A stretch of 57,903 bases of DNA from assembly GCA_008632985.1 (NCBI GenBank), contig QPGO01000242.1:62001-119903 (forward strand), given 5' to 3'. Positions within the stretch are counted from its first letter, which is position 1; each line of letters opens with the position of its first letter. This DNA is from Psammoneis japonica. Lineage: Eukaryota. Below the pieces are notes generated by a model. That model made no database searches, was not told the DNA's origin, and saw only the letters and a program-made list of their open reading frames with translations. Below are positions 47,670 through 57,903 of the stretch, piece by piece. The position numbers were made by a program, and so were the translations under genes.

Positions 47670-50600
47670 TGAACAAATGCTGATGTGCTGTCACAAGCAC
47701 AGGCAGTTTGTGTGCTGTTGGCGATTGGTTCACTGTTGCTTGATCAGCGGCCCCAATGGCGCAACATCTCACAATTCTAGAACCCGCTGATGCTGCTCAA
47801 CACTCTGTCTTGTCTTGCACCTAATTCTCAGCCATCATGGTGGCATTTGGTCACTTTGTCAGAGCCAGCGCGCTGTGATGTTCGTCGCCTGGAACGGGCA
47901 TTGCAAACGGTGTGACGGCATCGTTGTGATCAATTGATTTTTGTGGCAAGCGCCATGTTGGTCCCATGGTTGCTCGCGCAATTGCTGAGTCCTTTGTGTG
48001 TGTCAACATTCATGGACATGAGCAACATGCTCTTGGAGACCAGAGCTGTGATCCGTCAGACATGACGTCATCACACGAAATGTTTGATCATGTGGATGGA
48101 ACATGTCGGCTGAGACACGCAAACATTTGTGATGAAGACAACACAATGATTTGTGCACTGTCTGTCATTTGACCACACACATCTCATCAATCAAAGTGCA
48201 TCATCAAATTGTTTGGATGCCGCACATGCCAATGCATGTCTGTTGGACATTGTCGCTTGGGGGCAACACCGCCTGCTCATGGGTTCGCCAAGCAGAAACC
48301 GCCAAATCGGCACGAGAGCCATGCATTTTTCTCACTTTCCTCCACTCACACAAGTGGATGCTCACGCATCGAAACGCAAACAACTGCTGATGCGCCATGG
48401 CCGCTGCTGCAGCCTTTGCCGCCTGTCTTGCGCATTGTGGGCACAGTGCACAGACGTGCACCCACATGGCCCGCCAAGGCTTCACTGCTGTCGAGGACCT
48501 GGAGCAGGTCCCTTTGACTGAAATTGCCGACATGACGAAGGGCACCATGAAAAGCGTGGGTGCCGCTGCCAGCCCTCAAGTCCGCTTTCCACACCTGGCG
48601 AATCGAAAGCTCAAGGCACTGCGCGCATGGATTGACTGCCGCAGAGCCCGGAGCCAACAGCCGACCGCTGCTCTCTTCACTGGCGACGTTGTTGGAACAT
48701 GGGCGGCACGTCTGATGGAACTGGAGCAATTCAAGTCCGCCAACTCGGACAACGAATTGGCTGCCAAAACGGCCGTGGAGATCAAGAACCCACACAACTG
48801 GCCCACCTTCCAAGAGTTGCTGGAGACCGAACTGCGCCACCACCGCAGCACCGTCGCCGAAGTTCCCCTCATCTGCCCAGCTGGGGAACATGAGGAAGTC
48901 ACCGCCGAGATGTTGGCTGCCACCTGCGCTGCCATTGACGAGGACCTCATTGCTGCCACCCACCTTGCGGGCGCTCAGCGTGCACAGGACAGGCAATGAC
49001 TGCATGATCTCCTGAAGAAGTCAGTGATGGGGGGGCCCGGATGGGCTTTTGTCAAACCTTCCAATCGCAGCCGCAATGGTCGCACTGCTTTCTTTGCACT
49101 TGAGAGGCAGGCGGAAGGATCAGCTGCCGCCACCACCCAAAAGAGCCGTGCTCATGCACAGATTGCTGCCGCGAAGTGCACCGGACGGGGTCAATTTGCA
49201 TTTGACCAGCACATTCAGCGTCATCAAAAGGCTCACAACGACTTGTCTGAGCTTGATGAAAAAAACAGGTGGCCGAGACCAAGAAGGTCTCTGACTTTCT
49301 GAAGGGCATCTCCGACCGGAGTGCTCTTGACGGTCCCGAGTGAGAGCAAGTCCAAAAGCTCCGCGACGCCAAGAAGGCCAAAAAGAAATGCAAAGCTGCT
49401 GCTGTGTCCTTGGAAGCTGAGTCGGTCGATGCCAAAACTCTCGCTGTAAAGAAAGCGGCTGTTGCCAAGCCTGCTGCTCAACCTGCTGATGCGCCGAAAG
49501 ACTCCGGCGAGCCTGACAAACCTGCCGCCAATGCAGGCACCCAGTTTGGATGCAGCGCACATGAGAAACCTCAGAATGAGGAACGAACAGTTGCGCCAGC
49601 ACTGAAGGCACAGAGCCAAATGTTGCTGAACCTGCTGGCACTGTTTGTTTGTCCGGGTGATTCTCAAAGGATGTGCGTGTCTCTTTGTCATCTGCTGGAA
49701 ATTCAGATGACGAAGCCACCACTGATTTAGACTCGCACGCTGACACGTGTGCTGTTGGGTCCAATTTTGTGATGTGCTCTGACATCGACAGAACTGTCGT
49801 GGTGCACCCCCGCTCCGAAGAGCACGCGCCAATGGAAAACACTCCTGTTTGCACGGCTGCTGCCGTGTGGGTTGATCCAACTGATGGACAACCGTGCTTT
49901 CTGCCAGTCCACGAGGCCATGTTTTTTGGGGACAAGATGACCAACACCCTTCTGTGCCCCAACCAACTGCAAGCAAATGGGCTGATTGTCCACGACACCC
50001 CTTGCCAGTTTGATCCAACTGGTGCGCACTCCATTGCTTTCCCTGACTTGAAGATCAGGGTGCCACTGCAAACAAGAGGCATTGCTTCTGTCTTTGATTC
50101 ACACGAGCCAACAAATGAGGATCTGGAGAACCTCCCCCAGCTGGAACTCACATCACCCCCGAGATGGGAGCCTTCTGCTGATGCCATGGTGCAAAAGGAG
50201 GAAGCGCGTGCATGTGCCAGTGTGCGCCAAGGATCAGCAAAGTCGGGCGGATGGTCGACGACAATGAATGTGACCAGGTGTGTTGCTTCCATTCATTCAC
50301 ACCAAATGTCCTGTCATGATGAGAGTGTCATTTTGGACACTGATGACAACAATTCATTGCATCGCCGCATGGTTGCTCAGGTGAATGTCTCCCACAACGA
50401 CACCAAGGGAGACGGGCCACACAACCGGCATGACCTGGATGTCCACCTGGATTGTGCCGAGCAGAAACGGGTGCATGCACTGTCGACCTTGAGTCGTGCA
50501 TCAACTGTCACGCCCAAGACACTCTCTAAAAGGTGGAACATTGGCCTGACGGCAGCTGAGAACACCATCAGAGTGATTGCCCAGGCAGGGGTCCGCAATG

Positions 50601-51163
50601 TCTGCACACCATCCGAATGGAAAGTCCGGAAGAAAGCCCCTTGGCTCAAGTTCCCTGCTGTCAAGGGACGACTCCACTCCGACCAGATGTTTTCAAAGGT
50701 CAAATTGACACATGGCAAGATGGGAGGAAGCGCACTTGCCAACGGAAGAGAGTGTGACAGGTTCCATCCTTGGAAGAGGAAACAGGACCACCCAGATGCC
50801 GTCATGTCATTTGTGCATGACGTTGGCACACCGCAGGTCCTTGTGTCGGATGGCGTGCCGGAAATGGCGGAAGGCCAGAGCAAGGAGATCTGCAAGGAAT
50901 GCAGGATGCACCAGGAGGTGTCCACTCCATGCAGCCCCTGGCAGAACCTGGCCGAGGCATCCATTCGTGAGTTGAAGAAAAGAGTCCGTGTGACTCTGCA
51001 CTGGACTGGCGCTCACAGACGACTTTGGTCCCACAGCGCCAAATGGGCATGTGACATCCAACGCATGATTGCAGCCAGTGTGTCAGACATGGGAGGACAA
51101 GTCCCAGAAGAGGAGGTGACAGGTTCAACACCCGACATCTCTTCCCTCTCTCTCTTTGATTGG
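47670..51163 (+). mobile_element. Ty1/copia 5' half, copy C (open 497-aa protease-integrase frame 49673-51166)
   Basis: LTR start 47670; gag ATG 48397; DLDSHADTC; D,D,E region SDQ/SDG/AE; no Tyr in 497 aa. Confidence 0.92.
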
Positions 51164-52064
51164 TGAAAACAAACGTGTCTTTTCAAGGAAAACAAACATG
51201 TCGTTTCAAGGGGAAAAAATGTCTTTTCAAGGAAAACAAGCGTGTGTTTTCAAGGAAAACAAGCGTGTGTTTTCAAGGAAAACAAACATGTCATTTCAAG
51301 GAAAACAAACATGTCATTTCAAAGAAAACAAACACGTCGTTTCAGGGAAAACAAGCACATCATTTCAAGGAAAACAAACGTGTCTTTTCAAGGAAAACAA
51401 ACACCCCACCTCAAACCAAGCAAAAGCAGGCATGGAGCAGCGCCGCCAAAACTTGCAGACAGGCTCAAGTCCCACTCTGGCACTCAACTCTCAGCTTGTG
51501 CTCCGCACAAAACCCTCAGACAATGCTTGGCTCCAGCTGGCACCCAGAGGACTCAGTTGAAGAAACTCTGACACAAAAGCAACAGCTCTTTTCCTTTGAT
51601 CTTGTTGACATGATCATGTGGAACCATGGAGATGCTGCCGTGCATGCCATCTCTCCTTGATGACCTGTGTTCTCCCTGGCTGGACCTTTCTCACCAAACA
51701 GTTGCTCGCCACTGAACAGAGAGCAGCGCGGGTCACATTGTCAAATGTGGGCGCAGCTGAAACACAAATCAGCTCATCTTGTGTGGCCCGCAAGCTCTTG
51801 GTGGTGGCAGGTTTTGACCGCCAGACATCAAAAAAGGAGTTGCTCAATTGCGGGTGCTGCTCAAGCATTCCAGAGGTGTCACACATTTTCGTCTGGGAGA
51901 GGATCAACCCCAAAAATTGCTGCACATTGCAGTCTCATGGATCCAACTGAACTTGGGGACAGGCGCGAGCTTCTTGTGGGGCGCAGATGCTGTTCTCCTG
52001 CACATGGAATTGTGTTGGTTTGCTTCCGTCAGTGCACTCTTGCACAGAATTCAAGGCAAACTCA

Positions 52065-52930
52065 TGTTGTTTTAGGAAAGACAGATGTGTCATTTCAAAA
52101 AAAATGTCAATTCAAGGAAAACAAATGTGTTCTTTCAAGGAAAACAAGCGTGTCTTTTAAAGGAAAACAAACACGTCGTTTCAAAGAAAACAAGCATGTT
52201 GTTCCAAAGAAAACAAGCGTGTCTTTTCAAGACAAACAAACACGTCATTTCAAGGAAAACAAACATGTCTTTTCAAGGAAAACAAACATGTCGTTTCAAG
52301 GAAAACAAGCATGTGGTTTCAAGGAAAACAAACATGTCTTGAAAACAAACATGTCTTTTCAGAGAAAACAAACATGTCATTTCAAGAACAACTGTGTCGT
52401 TTCAAGGAAAACAAACACGTCTTTTCAAAGAAAACAAACATGTCATTTCAAGGAAAAAAATGTGTCTTTTCAAGGAAAACAAACGTGTCATTTCAAGGAA
52501 AACAATCATGAGGTTTCAAGGAAAACAAACATGTCTTTTCAATGAAAACAAACATGTCTTGAAAACAAACAAGTCTTTTTAAGGAAAACAAACATGTCTT
52601 TTCAAGGAAAACAAGCACGTTGTTTCAAGGAAAACAAACATGTGTTTTCAAGGAAAACAAGTGTGTCTTTTCAGGGAAAACAAACACGTCTTTTCAAGGA
52701 AAACAAACGTGTCGTTTCAAGGAAAACAAATGTGTCGTTTCAAGGGGAAAAAATGTGTCTTTTCAAGGAAAACAAACGTGTTGTTTCAAGGAAAACGAAC
52801 ATGTGGTTTCAAGGAAAACAAACATGTCTTTTCAATGAAAACAAAGATGTCCTGAAAACAAACATGTCTTTTTAAGGAAAACAAACATGTCTTTTCAAGG
52901 AAAACGTGCTTGTTTTCCTTGAAAGGCCAT
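52065..52930 (+). repeat. 23-bp satellite array
   Basis: Tandem units; polarity flip at ~52905. Confidence 0.96.
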
Positions 52931-55451
52931 GTTCAGTTGGACAAATGCTGTGTGTTGATGCTGTGCACAACACATGCCTGAATGTGTGTGCGGAGAAGGG
53001 GCTCAACAGCTGGCTGAGTGGCAACTTCTTTGCCTCTTGGGTTGTTGAGAACCTCCTGCACTCGCCAGGACAGTGTGCAGTGTTCTGAGTGGTTGTGAGT
53101 CTTCGCGCTTCCTGAGGTTGCTGGCTTGAATCGGCCTCAAATCCAAGCCTCCTTTTCTTTCTCAGCCTGCCCCTTTCTAACCCCATCCGGGGTGGGCGGC
53201 TGGGCTTCGAGCCCGCTCCTCCCTTGGCCGGATGCGCCACATGGTGCTGGCCCATCCTGCCCAACATGGGGAGTGCAAGGTCAAATTCGTGAGTCCTCCG
53301 TGCGGATGCGCCACATGGTGACAACCCATCCTGCAACGAGAGGGAGAGTTGGACAAATGCTGTGTGACGATGCTGTGCACAACACACGCCCAAATGTGTG
53401 CGCGGAGAAGGGACTCAACAGCCAGCCGAGTGGCAACTTCTTTGCCTCTTGGGTTGTTGAGAACCTCCTGCACTCGCCAGGACAGTGTGCAGCATTCTGA
53501 GTGGTTGTGAGTCTTTGCGCTTCCTGAGGTCGCTGGCTCAAACTGGCCTCAAATCCAAGCCTCCTTTTCTTTCTCGGCCTGCCCCTTTCCAACCCCATCC
53601 GGGGTGGGCGGCTGGGCTTCGAACCCACTCCTCCCTTGGCCGGATGCGCCACATGGCGCCAACCCATCCTGCCTGACAGAGGGAGTGCATGGTCAAATTC
53701 GCAAGTCCACTGTGCACATGTGCCACATGGCGACAACCCATCCTGCAATGAGAGGGAGAGTTGGACAAATGCTGTGTGATGATGCTGTGCACAACACACG
53801 CATCAGAGTGCACGAAATGTTAAAAATGTGTGGATTTGCATGATGACAATTTGTCAAAATGTTGCAAAAAATTGTTGTCGCACAATGACAGGCCAACCTC
53901 TGGTTGCAAGTTTGCTGTGCCAATGTCACAACAACATGTGCGCCATTTTTCGCTGTGTCCACATCGCCATTTCTGCCTCCACCTTGTCGCCATGTGCCAA
54001 TCTGTGATTGCATTGCCGCACAATCCTTGGTTTGTCAATTTTTGCAAACAGGGGTGTGATCACAGAACTGCTTGCATGCCTGCTTGTTCCTTCATTTGCT
54101 GCCGGTGACAGTGTCTGGGCTGGGCGGATCCCATGTCGGCACAATCGGGATGTCTTTCTTTTCATTCTTGTCATGGCTTGACTTTTTCCTGCCTTGCTTT
54201 TTCCTCTTGACTGCCGCCTTGAGTTTCTTTTCTTTTTCCTTTCCCTCTTCCTTGGTGACAACGCCTGCACAGACAAAGCATCACCGTCATCTTCTTGTGA
54301 GATGCGCGCAACTCTCGAGTCACACACATTGGTCACCCAACTTGCGGGCCATTGCCTCCGCCCCAACAGCCGAACACACCGTGTTTCTGAGATTGTCAAC
54401 TTGCCTTTTTGCCACCTTTTTTGCCCATTCCTTCCAAGTTCCTGACCAATTTGAAGTGTCCATGTTGCCACCAGCAATCTGTTTCGTGACAAACATTGAG
54501 ATGCTCCCATTGCTTGCCAATTCTGACGGGCTGAGAAACTTCACCTGTGGAAAGAGATCATTTCCAGCCACCTTCTCCTCTTCTGGTTTCAGCGCACCAT
54601 GCGCTGCCTGCGTGCCCGTTCTCTTCAACACTGCCTGAAGTCTCGGGCTGCAGTGCATCCTTGTTCCAAAGAGTGCGCGCCAATGAGGAATGTCCCCATT
54701 TTTGCGTGGCTGCTGCCATGTGGGTTGATCCAGCCAATGGACAGCCACGCCCACTGCCAGCCCACGAGGCTGTGTTTTTTCAGGGAAAGAATGACTGACA
54801 CCTTGCTGTGCCCCAGCCAACTGTGAGCAAGTGAGCTGACTGTCCACAATGCCCCTCGCCAGTTTGATCCCAACAGCGCGCACTCTGTTGTTTTCCTTGA
54901 CTTGAAAATCAGGGTGCATTTGCGTGCGCAAGGTGTTGCTTTGGTCTTTGACTCACACGAGCTGACTCAGGAGGACATGGAGAACCTCCCTCGGCTGGAA
55001 CTGACGCCATCCCTTGGATGGGAACCTTCTGCTGATGCCATGGCGCAAAAGGAGGAAGAGCGCACATGCGTCAGTGTGTGCCAAGGACCGTCAAAGTCCG
55101 GTGGACAGCTGACAATGATGAGTGCAACCAGGTGCATTGCTTCGGCTTGTTCGTGTCAGACATCCCATCACAATGAGAGCGTCATTGTGGGTGCAAATGA
55201 CGATGATTCTCTGCATCGCTGCTTGGCTGCTCAGGCCAGTGCATCTCACAATGACACTGGGGGAGACCGGCCACATGAACGGAACAATCTGGACGTCCAC
55301 CTGGATTGTGCCAAGTGGAAAGGGGTGCGTGCACTGTTGACCTTGAGTCGTGCATCGACTGTCACACCGGAGATGCTCTCCAAGAGGTGGAACATTGGTC
55401 TGACGGCTGCCAAGAACACCCTCAGAGTGACGCCCTGCAGGGGTCCGCAAC

Positions 55452-55770
55452 TTCAAGATCATGGGTTGAGTGAGCACTGGGTGCATGCTCACGGACAGAA
55501 GTGTTCGCGAGCCGGAGGAGTGCTTGGGCACCCAGATCAGAAAGTGCCAGTTGTCTGACTTGGAAAGCAAGGCACGCTGGGCCATGTCCTCTGACCTTTG
55601 AGTCAAATGGGCATTGGCTGATGTTGAGTTGGAGCTCAAGCAAATTGACAGGTGTCTTCCGACAAATGCGTCGACGCCCTTGAGCTTGGGAAACAGGCCT
55701 GAACTGGATGGCTTGAAAGAGTTAAATGCCAAAACGGCCAACTGTCATCAAGGCTTTCTTGGCGTGCTCC
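55452..55770 (+). pseudogene. Copia reverse transcriptase C-terminal fragment
   Basis: Hand translation SVREPEECLGTQIRKCQL...WAMSSDL*VK...TPLSLGNRPELD...ANCHQGFLGVL matches CoDi RT (EP..YLG, WAMSS..YVK, YRPELD, YYQ.LIGVL). Confidence 0.85.
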
Positions 55771-56244
55771 AAGTTGTTTGTTTTTCTTGAAAAGACATGT
55801 TTGTTTTTGTCAAAAAGACATGTTTGTTTTCCTTGAAACAACGCGTTTGTTTTCCTTCCTTGAAAAGACATGTTTGTTTTCCTTGAAAAGACACGTTTGT
55901 TTTCTTTGAAACAACATGTTTGTTCTCCTTTAAACCACATGTTTGACGCGTTCCAGGTCCAGGTGGGACCTTGCACTGCTGAACTGTGACATCGACAGTT
56001 TTTTGAATCACGTCGCATGTCGCGCACGTAGATTTCTACGTGATTTTTTTGACATTTTGTGTCATTTTACGGTGCACTTGTTGAGCGATCCATCCAACAA
56101 CTTTTGACATTTTTTGTCACAGCGCGATTCTACAATGTCTTAAGAATCGTGCAGGGCAGGTGCATTTGCAAAAACGTTGAGTGGCAAGAGGCATGATTGT
56201 GCCACAAACTTGGCCGTTTGTTTGATGTTGAAGACAAACACATT

Positions 56245-57593
56245 GAAAGACCTGATCTGAACCGTCCAATCTGGTGGCTGTTTGTTTTCTTCCTGACATT
56301 GTCGTAGAATGCCAGAATCGCGCAGGTGTCCGGATTGCAAAAGATTCCACATGTGCGAGCATCTGCCGTTGAAAACCTGTCTCCAACCAACATCCAATTG
56401 AGCTCACCAAAGTTCCTTGCATCAACAGTCCACATTGTTGAAGCACGTCATTTCGTCATCAAACCAGGCTTGAAGCATGTCCAGGAGGAAGTCTCGGAGA
56501 GCAGGCACAGCGTCGATCTTGTTGCAGCAGCATCAAAGACCCTGCAGGAACTTCCTTCTCCACTGTTCATTGTTTGGACACCAAAGCATGTGGTCCCTGT
56601 CTTCCATCGGATGCTCACATGTGATGCGCTGGTGCGGTCGAACTGGGTTGTGTTGATTTGCGATCTTGTCAGTCGGCAGCAAGTCATGGACCAGTTTGAC
56701 TGTGTCAACATGCTGTTGTGAGTGACGTTTCACCAGAACCGCGTGAGCATTCCAGTTGACAAGGTCAACCACTGAAGGATCCATTTGTTCCGTTCGACAA
56801 CATGTTGCATCAATTCAGGAGCAGCGGCAGCGCGCCGAATTTGTTTCTTGCAATTCGTTGTGATTGCACCCTCGTCGATCTCCAGATGTGAGAGGCAATG
56901 TGGCAGGTGCTTGACCTGATTTGTGTCGTGCAGGCAATGTCCTTGGCAAGCTCCTGCCAATTTGTCCGCTCGGATGTCAACTCTGGCATTTGACGGCAAT
57001 GAGTGGATGGGAGATTGCCTGTCTTGATGTCCTTTTGCCCATCGCACTGGAGGCAGAGCGAGATTGGCTGCACCCGACAGTTGCGTCAAAGCTTGCTGGG
57101 TGTGGAGGATCTCATTCAAAATGTCCCAATCTGCAGCAACAGTGTTGGCCCCATGGCAGCGAATGTGAAAGTCGTGTTGCTCGCATGCGTCGTTCTCGGG
57201 ATCACTCACCGGCAGGATGGGAGTCAATTCAGACAAACAGTCAACCAGTGCTTTGTCATCGCAATGAATCACTGCATCCAAAGGAATGGCAACGCGGCAG
57301 CATTTGCACAGCCAGCAGATGAATCTTGCAATGGATGGAATGCCGCAAGCTTCTGCGTGGTGAGAGGACGGAGTCTTCCCAAAAACTGGCCCTGCACAAT
57401 CCACTGGTGGCGCGCCATCCATGGCAATGGTCCACCCAAAGGTGGCTCCTTCTTGGACCGATCCATCACTGCCTGCGGCGAGATGAGACGAAACAAAGTG
57501 CAGAACCACTGTTCGTGGAGAAACATGAAAGACCAAGTCTTCAAAGGCACAGATTCCCACTTGTCGAGTCCCTGAAGATGCGACAGAAAGGAA
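56245..57593 (-). pseudogene. LINE RNase H and C-terminal fragment (copy of ~8423-9772)
   Basis: AGSDGSVQEGATFGW, WAKGHQD, CITCEHPMEDRDH. Confidence 0.9.
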
Positions 57594-57903
57594 TGTTTGT
57601 TTTCCTTGAAAGACACGTTTGTTTTCCTTGAAGAGACATGTTTGTTTTCTTTGAAATGACGTGTTTGTTTTTCTTGAAAATGCACGTTTGTTTTCCTTGA
57701 AAAGACATGATTGTTTTCCTTGAAACCACATGTTTGTTTTCCCTGAAATGACGCATTTGTTTTCCTTGAAAAGACACGTTGTTTCTTTAAAAAACATGTT
57801 TGTTTTCCTTGAAAAGACATGTTTGTTTTCTTGAAAACGTGTTTGTTTTCCCTTGAAACCACGTGTTTTTGTTTCTTTGAAACAACTTGAAAAACAAACG
57901 TGT
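57593..57903 (-). repeat. 23-bp satellite array (inverted), running to the window edge
   Basis: Tandem units. Confidence 0.95.

Noticed and set aside
49673..51166. Functional Tyr-free polyprotein or alternative genetic code
   Set aside because: TA is missing in all frames and in non-coding DNA; Tyr is replaced variably by C, H or R; the element is truncated by satellite
1..57903. Classical fungal RIP or CpG decay alone
   Set aside because: Both raise T/A content and RIP creates TpA and TAA/TAG stops; here TpA is removed and conserved motifs show TA was ancestral

Overview
Eukaryotic repeat-dense, heterochromatin-like DNA, most likely from a diatom (inferred from CoDi-type Ty1/copia, RNase H-bearing LINE and hAT families). 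I see no intact host gene. The window is a patchwork of a 23-bp satellite (consensus TTTCAAGGAAAACAAACATGTCK, >20 arrays in both orientations) and decayed transposon pieces: several copia copies, one near-complete LINE ORF2, one internally deleted hAT with TIRs and 8-bp TSD, a ~440-bp TRIM and two MITE-like elements. These are rearranged into multi-kb inverted duplications with microhomology junctions. The main signal is near-complete erasure of the TpA dinucleotide in every repeat class. Conserved Tyr codons read Cys/His/Arg (LINE RT YVDD->HVDD, copia YYQG->CHQG), sister copies differ by reciprocal TG<->CA swaps, and residual TpA in one copy is TG/CA in another. This points to a DNA-level, both-strand A:T->G:C hypermutation at TpA, the reverse of fungal RIP, overlaid on CpG decay. 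Most of the ORF track is an artefact of the resulting loss of TAA/TAG stops. Counts and alignments were done by eye; family assignments come from remembered motifs, not database searches.
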